From a virus, in IMG/VR virus record IMGVR_UViG_3300010885_050982, positions 39,388 to 103,387 of that record: a stretch of DNA of 64,000 nucleotides; one strand, written 5' to 3'. Each line of letters begins with the position of its first letter. Position 1 is the stretch's first letter. The notes beneath the pieces were generated by a model that had not been told where the DNA came from, did no database searches, and was given only the letters and a program-made list of their open reading frames with translations. Positions 37,973-47,274 of this stretch are shown piece after piece. Made by a program: the position numbers and the translations under genes.

Positions 37973-38061
37973 CCGGGAACGAGACTGTTCTTCGCGGGCA
38001 AATGGAAGCGTGGGAAATTGACCGGGAAATAGACCGTAGAAAAAGGATATTCGGACGATGA
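37430..38061 (+). CDS. Tail assembly chaperone -1 frameshift product (gpGT-like)
   Basis: -1 frame after the A9 run is open: KWQWLADFATQYGFDRKINHEQRFGCWLNL... to TGA 38059-38061, which overlaps the next ATG. Confidence 0.72.
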
Positions 38062-38736
38062 ACGCTTGGGTTGAAATCAGGGCCGGTGAAGGTGGAGACG
38101 ACGCGAAATCGCTTGTTCGCGAACAAGCTTCGGTTTATTCGAAAGCAGCGAGACGGAGGTCGCTTTGACGTAGAAATTGTCGACGATCGTGCCGGTATGA
38201 TCGTCATGCGAATTGTCGGGAAAGATTCGTGGAGTCTCTTCAAGCACGAATCTGGAGGTCATCGATGGCAGCGCATTCCACCAAATGAACGCAAGGGTAA
38301 GGTTCACTCGTCGACAGTCACGGTCGCTGTTTTCAGGGACGTTCCGACAGCGGAGTTTCGGCTCAACGAAAATGATCTGGAAATTTCGACGTGCCGAGGT
38401 TCAGGTCCAGGTGGACAGCACCGCAACAAAACCGATTCGGCGGTTCAGGTAAAGCACAAGCCGACCGGGATGATCGTCAGGTGCGAAACAGAGCGATCGC
38501 AGCAGCAGAACAAGCATTCGGCCATCGCGTTACTCACGTCCCGGCTGGCGTCAATCCAGCAAGCTTCCGCTATGCGATCGGAAGACGACAACCGAAGGCG
38601 GCAAATAGGCAGCGGTGAGCGATCCGACAAGATCCGGACCGTCCAGATGCAAAACGGGCAGGTTGTCAATAACGTGACTGGAAAAAGAATGTCGGTCGAA
38701 GCATACATGAAAGGCGACATCGACTCGATACAGTAA
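38058..38736 (+). CDS. Truncated class-1 peptide chain release factor (RF1-like, about 225 aa), expressed via +1 frameshift
   Basis: ORF A 38058-38168 MNAWVEIRAGEGGDDAK...RRRSL*; ORF B from 38167 DVEIVD...ESGGHRWQRIPPNERKGKVHSSTVTVAV...GSGPGGQHRNKTDSAV...ERSQQQNK...GERSDKIRT. Confidence 0.9.
38155..38169 (+). promoter_or_regulatory. prfB-type +1 programmed frameshift cassette
   Basis: GGAGG-TCG-CTT-TGA-C: internal SD, 3-nt spacer, in-frame CUU-UGA-C. Confidence 0.88.
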
Positions 38737-38910
38737 TCCGGACGAATAAAAAGTTTGATCCAGTTGGAGATTTCGTTCGTTGTTGAGATTGCCGATCCTT
38801 GTCTTGCGGACGTTACAGGCCGCACGATACAACAATATTTTGTCAAGCCCCTCTTTTAGCCATATCTGTAACTATGGCTGATTGCAGGGGTTTTTTATTC
38901 GGCTCGGGTT

Positions 38911-39471
38911 ATGGCAAAAGGATTTGATCCGTCTTTCCCGTTCTACTGCAACGACTGGCTATCCTCATCCCAAGTAGGTGTGATGTCGAAAGAAGAGCAG
39001 GCCGATTTTATTTGGCTCCTCTGCCATTGCTGGGCCAGTCAAGATGCGTCTTTAATTGACGACGATGTCTTTTTGGCCAAACTTTCCCGCCAAGGTGACA
39101 ATTGGATGGGTGGCCAGGTCCGGAAGCAATTCTGCCAGCACCCAACAAAAAAAGGCCATCTCACGAACATGAAACTGTTCACGGTCTGGGAGGAACGACA
39201 GGAGTATCGAGCCGAGCAAAAACGAAAAGGTAAGCTTTCCGCAGAAAAACGAAAGAGATCGGCGTCTGCCAGCGTTACATTGCGCCAACGGGTCGAAATC
39301 GTGGAAGAAGCAGTTGATGATATTTCAACCGCACTTGAACCACGGTTCAACCACGGTTCAACCGATCCATCAACCGACCATCAACCAAACTTCAACTCTT
39401 CTTCTTCGCTTAAGAGAAAACACGACAAAACGACACAAAACGTGGCGTTCGGGGTGCTCCCGGACGGATAA
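38911..39471 (+). CDS. YdaU/DUF1376-like replication initiator N-terminal domain protein
   Basis: PSFPFYCNDWLS...MSKEEQADFIWLLCHCW; preceded by a hairpin and T-tract at about 38846-38898. Confidence 0.7.
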   Translation: MAKGFDPSFPFYCNDWLSSSQVGVMSKEEQADFIWLLCHCWASQDASLIDDDVFLAKLSRQGDNWMGGQVRKQFCQHPTKKGHLTNMKLFTVWEERQEYRAEQKRKGKLSAEKRKRSASASVTLRQRVEIVEEAVDDISTALEPRFNHGSTDPSTDHQPNFNSSSSLKRKHDKTTQNVAFGVLPDG

Positions 39472-39570
39472 GAGAAGACGAAGAGCCTTGAGTGAAGTGT
39501 TTACGATGGTTTCCGAGCAGGTTGGAAGCCGAGCGAGTCGAGTGTCAAACTGTTTTCAAGAAAGAGAATA

Positions 39571-40218
39571 ATGTCTTCAAGTCGTCCGCAAATGCCAAGG
39601 TCTTCCGGTGGTCCACTGTTGTCAAGAATTAAGAAAGCGGACCGGCCTAGTGCCAAAGCGAGACCCAAGATCGACGAGCCGCCAGCGAAATCAAAGAAGC
39701 CGCTTGGTCAACCAAAAGCGAAGGAACCGCACGGTCTGGAATACTTCCAAAACCGACTGAAGACCGCGCACGGGAAGATGGTCGCGGCGGCGAGGAACGT
39801 GGCAGGCAGCAAGCCCAGGTCAAAGGCGATTTGTGAAATGGAGCCTGTCATCGCCAGTTATGTCGGTCGTCAGAAGTGGATTAAACAGAATTTCGACGCT
39901 CAGGGGACCCGCATCACTCCAGAAGCCGTCGACAAGCCTCGGAGTGAACCGTGGAAAAGAGTCTGGCCGAAGGAAGGAGACAGCACATTCACGGTTCAGC
40001 GAGCCAAGTACGACGCATTGAAAGATATCGCTTTTCGGTCGATCTGTGCGATCGTCGCTGAACCGGAAAGTTCGGAAGTGATTGAAGTCGCGAGGAAAGC
40101 CGTCGCTCGATTTAATAATTTCAGGTTCATTCACAAGCGGCAATGGACCCGGAACGGAGAATGGAAAACTCTCGGCGCGAAAAAGAAACCTGAAAAGGAT
40201 TCTGAGAATTCGCAATGA
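39571..40218 (+). CDS. Basic hypothetical protein
   Basis: Long ORF, Lys/Arg/Pro rich. Confidence 0.55.
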   Translation: MSSSRPQMPRSSGGPLLSRIKKADRPSAKARPKIDEPPAKSKKPLGQPKAKEPHGLEYFQNRLKTAHGKMVAAARNVAGSKPRSKAICEMEPVIASYVGRQKWIKQNFDAQGTRITPEAVDKPRSEPWKRVWPKEGDSTFTVQRAKYDALKDIAFRSICAIVAEPESSEVIEVARKAVARFNNFRFIHKRQWTRNGEWKTLGAKKKPEKDSENSQ

Positions 40219-40617
40219 TTTTGGAATTTTCTTTTCGATTCCGTGATCTTTCTGGAACGCCTTGCGTTTCTAATAGTGTGGGGGATGAAAAAAACAGGAA
40301 CGCGACTTCTTCTGATAACCAAACAAAGGAACGACGAAATGATCAGCAAGACAAAACGCCGAAACACAGAGCTTGCTGAAATATCCGCAATGCTCTACGC
40401 ACCTGATGGAACCACCGACCAATACACCGTTGACGCATATTCCAAAGCAGATGCTCGCAAGAAAATCGCTAAGATTTTTCGTGATAATACGCCACCACCG
40501 AGCGCGGGGTTTTATCCATTTTCTCAAATGCGATTGGTGTGGATCGATTGATACCGATCGGCAACCCCCGGTCGCTGTGACCGGGCCTCTTTCTCATCAC
40601 GCAAGGAATGAAGCACC

Positions 40618-40869
40618 ATGAAAGTTTACTATGTGCAAGTCGCAATTGTTAAGGAGTTTGCGGTTAAGGCCAGCGACGAACTCCAGGCTGAACGTGCCGC
40701 ATTCGATGAGTGCAAAGATCGTGCAAGTATCGTCGCCATGAAATGCTACGGCATTGCCGACGATTACGATGGATGCGGCGCATTGACAGGAGATGGATTG
40801 GCGGACGTTGCAGAGCTTCGGACGTTCTCGGAGATTAATCAAGAATGGTGCGAACAGGCACCTCAATGA
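40618..40869 (+). CDS. Small acidic hypothetical protein
   Basis: AAGGA RBS. Confidence 0.5.
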   Translation: MKVYYVQVAIVKEFAVKASDELQAERAAFDECKDRASIVAMKCYGIADDYDGCGALTGDGLADVAELRTFSEINQEWCEQAPQ

Positions 40870-41066
40870 TCATTTCCCCGCTGATGTCGCGATGAATGTT
40901 CGCATGACATCACTGGCTCTTCCGAGTCGCGACTGGCTCGTTGCCGCGTGGGATGACGAGCAAGTCTATTACGTTGATCCGGGATGTGACCGTCGTCAGT
41001 AACGGCAAGAGGTGGGTGGCACTGGAAAGTTTCATTGCAACACGAGCTTCGACATTAAAGGGTTAG

Positions 41067-41456
41067 TTGATGCCGATGACAAAAAAAGAAAAGGCGGAAG
41101 TGGATTCCTTAAAGAAGCGGATTTCAGAGCTTGAAATGGAGGCTCTGGTCGCGAAGGCTCTGCGGTTCACGGATCGAGTTGAGCCTGACGTGAATTCCTC
41201 GGGTAAATTGGCGAAGGGATGGGCATTTAATTCGTACCGAGAATTCTCTAGGGTTGTGCGCGCATGTTCGAGTGCTTCCTCGCACGGGTTCGGGCAAGAC
41301 AGCGAAACCACTTCTCAGCGACCAATTCCCATCTACAGCACAGAGCTGCGAGCATGGAGGGCGATGAGAAATGAACTCGAATGCCGGTTCTCAAGGTCCT
41401 TGGCGGAAGTTGATGCGGAAATCTTGAAGCTTTCCGCTTCCGAGAAGACTGTATAG
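41067..41456 (+). CDS. Hypothetical protein
   Basis: ORF with protein-like composition. Confidence 0.5.
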   Translation: MMPMTKKEKAEVDSLKKRISELEMEALVAKALRFTDRVEPDVNSSGKLAKGWAFNSYREFSRVVRACSSASSHGFGQDSETTSQRPIPIYSTELRAWRAMRNELECRFSRSLAEVDAEILKLSASEKTV

Positions 41457-41510
41457 CCACGAAAATCCGATTCAATTAAAATCACCGGCAAACCACCCAC
41501 AAAAGGGAAT

Positions 41511-43376
41511 TTGCCGGTGAACAGTCTTGCATCCATCATTCAACTGATTTCGTCAGCCGTCTCGGCAAAAATGACAATGACGCTGTCTGAGCGGATTGCC
41601 CAGATGACTGCCAGAAACGGTCCCGATAGCGGGTGGGTCGACCGTACCCGTGCTGGTATTGCGATACAGAACCGTAAAATCGGGTCGTCTGCCAAATCGT
41701 TGGATTACGCTCGTTCCGCCCACGAACTCGCGGCAATTGATCGAGCAAAGGCCGAAAACGAGCTTTTGCAGGAACAGGCTCACTCTACTGGTCGAAGCCT
41801 GTCAGATCTGGCCGATGCAGCCGATGCAGCGAAAAAGAAGTTCGAAGCGACTTCTGACGCTCTCGCCCGTGCTACCTCGAATTACGATAAAGTTCGCGCG
41901 TCAGCACTCTCGAAGACGGATCTTGTGAGACTTCAAAAGTCATCGCAGATCGTTGAGTCTGCCAGCGAGCGGAAAGCGTCGACCCGTGGTAGGCTTGCTC
42001 ACGTTCAGGGTGCGATTGACGCTGAGAGAGCGAACCCGACCGGGATGTCTGCCGACGATATGGCGCTCTTGGAAGACGCTGCCCAATACCTGAAGCTCCA
42101 GTATGAGGATGCGTCAGACTCTTTAACGAGGCTAACGGCGGAGCAGGACAAGCTTCGAGCATCTATCGATTCGCAACTTCGCTTCCGAGACAACATGTCG
42201 AAGGAAGACTTCGACGCAACGTCAGAATCTTCGGGGGCCGTTCAGGCAGCGACAGACGCTCGTAATGCGATCCAGAAAAAGCTGCATGACATTGCGGACG
42301 AGTTTGAGGAAAAGGCGTTTTCACATGGGGGGATATCCCAGCAGGACAGTGACCGCCTACGTGCTGCTGACGATCGGTATCGAATCGAACTCGACAAGGC
42401 GACGGCAGCGCTCGAAAAACTGACGAAAGCCCACGAAGACGATGTCCAAGCTGCGATTCGACACAGTCGAGCACAGAATGCCTCGAGCGATCGGCAGCCA
42501 CAGACGGCGTTGGGACGCGCGGCGAGACGAATCTCTTCGAATTTCAGACGTAAGCTCGGATCACGAGGCCGTCAGTTCCTGAATCGCGGATCGAAATTCA
42601 AGAAGGATATCCAGAAGCAACTTGATCGATTCAACCCCAAGAAGGTCCGTAAACGAATCGAAGATTCGAAGCGGGAGCATGAAGAGGCGGAATCTGAGTA
42701 CAAGAAAAACCAGACTCCAGCAAACAAGTTGAACTTGGACAACAAAATGGCCACACTTACGGAAGCGGAATCCGACGCTGCGCTGGCGGAAAGTGCCGGG
42801 CTTGCCGTGGAGGCTTTGGGGGCGGTGGCTGCCGTAGTCGGCGTTCTGGTTGCTGCGGTGGCGGCGTCGGTTCAATTTATCCAAAACGAGTTAGCAGCAG
42901 GGAAAAGGGAGGTTGAACGATTTCGTTCTGAGAGAAGCCGGTTCTCGGCGCAAGTCAGCGGTGCTATTGCGCGGTATGACATGCAGTCGATACAACTCGA
43001 AAGGCGAAGTACGGCGGCAACATCGGGATCGGCAACAGGTGCTGTAAAGGCTACAATGCGGCTGCGCGAATCAAACCAAGGCCGAAGTGAGAAATACGAG
43101 GTGATCGGAAATCAAATCCTCGAACAGTCGATTGCAATCGCGACTATGTTTAGCGACGGACTCGCCATAATTGACTTCATCACGCCAAGCATTGAAGCTT
43201 TGGTTACAGTCCAGCGAGAGATGTTGAAGATGATTGGAGTGAAACTGGAGGACATTTCTAAAAACACGAGAAACGGCGATCTTAATGTTGGACTGGATGT
43301 CATCAAGCAGCTAAACAATGACAACCGAAACGCCAGACAAAACAAGGCGTTCCCGCCATTAAAGCCAATCAAGTGA
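41511..43376 (+). CDS. Putative tape measure protein
   Basis: Ala-rich coiled coil with one hydrophobic segment, upstream of tail genes. Confidence 0.62.
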   Translation: MPVNSLASIIQLISSAVSAKMTMTLSERIAQMTARNGPDSGWVDRTRAGIAIQNRKIGSSAKSLDYARSAHELAAIDRAKAENELLQEQAHSTGRSLSDLADAADAAKKKFEATSDALARATSNYDKVRASALSKTDLVRLQKSSQIVESASERKASTRGRLAHVQGAIDAERANPTGMSADDMALLEDAAQYLKLQYEDASDSLTRLTAEQDKLRASIDSQLRFRDNMSKEDFDATSESSGAVQAATDARNAIQKKLHDIADEFEEKAFSHGGISQQDSDRLRAADDRYRIELDKATAALEKLTKAHEDDVQAAIRHSRAQNASSDRQPQTALGRAARRISSNFRRKLGSRGRQFLNRGSKFKKDIQKQLDRFNPKKVRKRIEDSKREHEEAESEYKKNQTPANKLNLDNKMATLTEAESDAALAESAGLAVEALGAVAAVVGVLVAAVAASVQFIQNELAAGKREVERFRSERSRFSAQVSGAIARYDMQSIQLERRSTAATSGSATGAVKATMRLRESNQGRSEKYEVIGNQILEQSIAIATMFSDGLAIIDFITPSIEALVTVQREMLKMIGVKLEDISKNTRNGDLNVGLDVIKQLNNDNRNARQNKAFPPLKPIK

Positions 43377-43387
43377 GGAGTTAGAGA

Positions 43388-45496
43388 GTGGCATCCGGTT
43401 ATACTAAAGTGCAATTTGGGAATGTGTTTCTTTATCGATGCACAACAAGAAATATTTCTCAACAGGAATCTCTTGATCAGAGCAATACAGACCTGAAATT
43501 CATGGAAACGACAATCAGTGTTTCCGGTCGGATGAACGGGCATGTTCCGGGGACGCCAGTTGGGCCTGCGTCTACGCCTGTCTGGCAATATGGACTGACT
43601 GAAGACAGCACGGGAATTGATCCTGCCGGAAATGCCAGCACCCGAGAGCAGCAGATCCGCAGACAACTTCCGCCACGACAACTGTTCGTGATGACTGTTG
43701 GAACAGACTGGAATGGTCAAGGTGGGAACGTTCTGATTTCCGCGAAACCGGCTCCGGCTACGATGAACCCAGGGGGCGTTGGTCGAATTCCGGGAGTCCA
43801 AGGGCCGCAGGAATCCGTGGCTCCTGTTGGCATGAACGTTTCTAACGTTGACCTTCGAAATGGCCCACATTGCACAAGCTTCGTCATCACGAAAATTGTT
43901 GGAGATGAGTGCTATGACGTGGAAGCAACGTTTGTGATTTGTAAAATCGAATGCGACCAATATGGGAATGTTCCAAACAACACAAAAGGGGTTATTTCCA
44001 ATCGCTGGACCTGCCAGGACACGATGGACGCCAATTTGCGGACATCGCGGGTCTACACCGGGCAAATGTGCCTGACGTCGGCAAATCTCAATATGCAACA
44101 CTTGAGATGGATTGTCCTCCCGCCGATCGTACCCATGATGCGGCGAGACAGTATACAAATCGTCGCCTCTGAAGACGGGCTTCGAATGGATTGGTCCGTC
44201 ACAGACGTTGAGATCGCCATGTCGGCACCGTACCCAGCCCGTACATGGTCGGTGACTCACACGAATTCAGCGCGGTTTGCGATGTTCGGTGAGTCGCATA
44301 TCGAAGTCAACCTGAGTGGTGATTCGAACGTCAATAAAGCCGATCTTATTGAGTTGGCGCTTTACATTATCACCGCGAAAATGTTTGGGACGACCCCACC
44401 AAACCTTAATAATCTCGCGGTCCACCCAGCAGACTTCTGGTCGCAATTCAACGTTACAAATATTGAGTTGATAGACGTTATTGGTGACGAAAACCGGATC
44501 GTCGCGCGAGCAAGCGTCAAGAAAACGATGGACGGCCAAAACGGATTCGCAGCGATCGTTGGCGATATCGCGAATACGTTTGGAAAGCCGCTTGGACCGG
44601 GAGACTTAACGACATCTGCGATCGCCCGAGACGGTCGACCGGCTTACGACAGGGCTTTTTCTTGGGGCGGGTACGCTGGGGATGCTCCGCCATACCAAAG
44701 CCCGGCGGTCAGTGTGGTTAGTATTTTTGCGTGTTACTTGCAGTCACCGTGCAATGACTTGCACACCACAGCCGCACCGCCAACTGGTGGCGTCCGCAGC
44801 AATATCGCAGGAAATCAATTGTCTGTTGAGTTTAATCAGACCACAGCCGCACCGCCAACTGGTGGCGTCCGCAGCAATATCGCAGGAAATCAATTGTCTG
44901 TTGAGTTTAATCAGACTCCCTCGCAAGCATCGCAAGTCCCATTCAATGCGACCATCGTGTCGTCGCTGGCTCCGATGGATACTCCGAATCCTTATATTTC
45001 GACAAACCCCCTGAGTAAATCGAACGCTTACACTTGGTGGCAACTTGAGAATCTCTACAAAACAAGAACGCTTAAGGTTGCGCTCCCGACCGGCGGCAGC
45101 CCACCGGCGGCTGGTGCGAACTTTGCCTCAACTGTCTCGGTCGTTCAACTTGGTCAAGGAATCTCTTACCGTGTTGTCCGCGTAAAGGCAGAGCGAGTTA
45201 ACAAGGAACCTCAGTTCCCAGACGGGAATATGATCCCAGCACCCCCAGGTCAATCTTTTTATCGCGACAGCGACAAAATAAAGCAAACGCTAGTCAAAAC
45301 GACAATTCGCGCATGCACCCCAACGCAAACCCCAATGGGTCAGACGATTTACCGGTCCGAGGCGGAGTACGTTCTTGTGTTGAATAGGCCGTTGAATCCG
45401 GGCGAGCAGTTGGCATTGGGGAATGACATGTGGTCAATTTTGGGAAGCCAAGCAACCGCAGTAGACGGAACTTTGACAGAATCCAACTGGAGCTAA
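43388..45496 (+). CDS. Putative tail/baseplate protein
   Basis: GAGGAG RBS; follows tape measure; beta-rich. Confidence 0.6.
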   Translation: MASGYTKVQFGNVFLYRCTTRNISQQESLDQSNTDLKFMETTISVSGRMNGHVPGTPVGPASTPVWQYGLTEDSTGIDPAGNASTREQQIRRQLPPRQLFVMTVGTDWNGQGGNVLISAKPAPATMNPGGVGRIPGVQGPQESVAPVGMNVSNVDLRNGPHCTSFVITKIVGDECYDVEATFVICKIECDQYGNVPNNTKGVISNRWTCQDTMDANLRTSRVYTGQMCLTSANLNMQHLRWIVLPPIVPMMRRDSIQIVASEDGLRMDWSVTDVEIAMSAPYPARTWSVTHTNSARFAMFGESHIEVNLSGDSNVNKADLIELALYIITAKMFGTTPPNLNNLAVHPADFWSQFNVTNIELIDVIGDENRIVARASVKKTMDGQNGFAAIVGDIANTFGKPLGPGDLTTSAIARDGRPAYDRAFSWGGYAGDAPPYQSPAVSVVSIFACYLQSPCNDLHTTAAPPTGGVRSNIAGNQLSVEFNQTTAAPPTGGVRSNIAGNQLSVEFNQTPSQASQVPFNATIVSSLAPMDTPNPYISTNPLSKSNAYTWWQLENLYKTRTLKVALPTGGSPPAAGANFASTVSVVQLGQGISYRVVRVKAERVNKEPQFPDGNMIPAPPGQSFYRDSDKIKQTLVKTTIRACTPTQTPMGQTIYRSEAEYVLVLNRPLNPGEQLALGNDMWSILGSQATAVDGTLTESNWS
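44765..44914 (+). repeat. Exact 75-bp in-frame tandem duplication
   Basis: TTAAPPTGGVRSNIAGNQLSVEFNQ encoded twice with identical DNA (44765, 44840). Confidence 0.97.
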
Positions 45497-45499
45497 ACT

Positions 45500-45997
45500 A
45501 TGACAGTCACAACAACCATCAACGCCAGTCTCTCGGTGCAATCGACTGTGAACAAATCACAGAGCGTTGGCGACCCCACCGCCGGGAATATTACGTTACC
45601 ACTAAGTATTACCGGATTATCGCAGACATGGAATCCAGGCACGACGATAAACGGGCTTGATGCATGGTCTGGTGTTGTGACTTTGGTGGCAGGGACGGCA
45701 ACGATCGACCTGACATCCCTGACTCAACTCGGCCTGTCAACAGCAGTGAATATGACTGGATACAAGCTGCGGTTCATTCAGTGGTTCGCGCCAGCGGCGA
45801 ACGTCGCGAACGTGAAAATTGCTCCGGGTGCCAGCAATGGGTATGCTCCGGTCGGAGTCGTCGACACGATTGCTCCAGGGGACCCCGGCGTAAAGCCCAC
45901 CCTTTCGTCAACTGCTGTCGGGGCGTCGTCAAAGAATATTACGATTACAGGGACGGGAACGGATTCGATTCAATTACTACTGGTGTTCGGAAACTGA
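45500..45997 (+). CDS. Thr-rich putative virion protein
   Basis: Composition and position in tail module. Confidence 0.6.
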   Translation: MTVTTTINASLSVQSTVNKSQSVGDPTAGNITLPLSITGLSQTWNPGTTINGLDAWSGVVTLVAGTATIDLTSLTQLGLSTAVNMTGYKLRFIQWFAPAANVANVKIAPGASNGYAPVGVVDTIAPGDPGVKPTLSSTAVGASSKNITITGTGTDSIQLLLVFGN

Positions 45998-46009
45998 ACG
46001 GAGTCGTGG

Positions 46010-46567
46010 ATGTCAATCGGGTTTTCCCCAGAAGCTCAAGTTCGTCCGACAACACAAGCTGAAGTTTTGCTGGCGGTGGCGCAGAAGATACGCGCAAGCG
46101 TTCCGCTACTGACAAACGAAAGCGTTTGCTTTGTCTCGGACACACCCGAGCCGAGCGTCGAAGAACAAAGCAACTTGTTCGCGACCGTCTGTCCGGCTGA
46201 TGGTCAATACGACAACGGGATCATCGACGGCGCGGGGAACGTTGGTGTTGCCGAAGTATCCCCGATCATCGTCACGATCTTTTCGCGGATTGAGGTCGAT
46301 CAAATCGAGCACTTCCAGCAAGGGTTTGTCGATGCGACTCGTGGACTATTCACGATAAAGAAACAGGTCCTAACGGCATTGGCTGGCAAGAACCTTGACG
46401 GCGGACAGTACAACGGATTCGGGTCACTGCTGTTAATGGAGTCGCTGACTCCGTCGCGGTCGCGACATCCGCAGTCAAAGGGCCGTGGCGACGAGTTCGC
46501 GTCGTGCGGAATTGTGTTTGACGCGAAATTTACGTGGGAACTTGGGTCTGTTTCGAGCATCACATGA
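46010..46567 (+). CDS. Putative tail completion/terminator-like protein
   Basis: Size, alpha/beta pattern and position; family not firmly recognised. Confidence 0.45.
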   Translation: MSIGFSPEAQVRPTTQAEVLLAVAQKIRASVPLLTNESVCFVSDTPEPSVEEQSNLFATVCPADGQYDNGIIDGAGNVGVAEVSPIIVTIFSRIEVDQIEHFQQGFVDATRGLFTIKKQVLTALAGKNLDGGQYNGFGSLLLMESLTPSRSRHPQSKGRGDEFASCGIVFDAKFTWELGSVSSIT

Positions 46568-47274
46568 ACATTTTCGATAAAGCCTACGTCATTTCATTGC
46601 CAAATCGCAGAGATCGACTGGACGCGTTCTTGCGCGATTGCCCGAGTTCCATCAGAGCAATGGACATCGAAGTCTGGCCAGGCGTGACGGGAGTCAAACC
46701 GCCGGAATGGGCGACGCCGAGCGATGGCGCGTGGGGCGCGTTTCTCGCTCACTTCCAGATCCTCGCCCACGCCATCCGAAACAAGATGAATTCGCTGTTG
46801 ATACTGGAGGACGACGCATGCTTTCTTGGTGGTTTCAACGCTAAACTGGAAACTTTTGCCGCGAACCTTCCAGACTGGCAGCAGGTGTATTTGGGTGGCC
46901 AACTGTTGCATCACATCCAGTTTCCTCCAACAAAAGTGAATGATCACGTCTACGCTCCCCACAACGTGAATCGAGCGCACGCCTACGCGATACACAAATC
47001 AGGATACCAGGCGATCTACGAGCACATGCTGAAACCGTTCGGCGACGTGTTCGATCACCAATTCGGGCGACTCCACGAAACAGGAACGTTCAAGGTGCTC
47101 TGTCCGGCTCAGTGGCTCGTGGGACAGCGAGAAGGGAAGTCGGACGTTGCAGTGAACGGTCAACGATCCTATGATGAATATTGGCTTGATCCAGGAGCGA
47201 TCTGGGAAGCCGACCAGATGATGAAGTCGTACCGTCAACGTCAAGGGAGTGACGATGCCGCTGTCCTATGCTAA
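46564..47274 (+). CDS. Glycosyltransferase family 25
   Basis: YVISLPNRRDRL, GAWGAFLAH, LILEDDA, VYLGG, AHAYAI. Confidence 0.87.
   Translation: MNIFDKAYVISLPNRRDRLDAFLRDCPSSIRAMDIEVWPGVTGVKPPEWATPSDGAWGAFLAHFQILAHAIRNKMNSLLILEDDACFLGGFNAKLETFAANLPDWQQVYLGGQLLHHIQFPPTKVNDHVYAPHNVNRAHAYAIHKSGYQAIYEHMLKPFGDVFDHQFGRLHETGTFKVLCPAQWLVGQREGKSDVAVNGQRSYDEYWLDPGAIWEADQMMKSYRQRQGSDDAAVLC

Noticed and set aside
38071-38166. ORF-track N-terminus MKSGPVKVETTRNRL... for the release factor
   Set aside because: No similarity to release factors; the alternative frame from ATG 38058 gives the conserved EIRAGxGG motif
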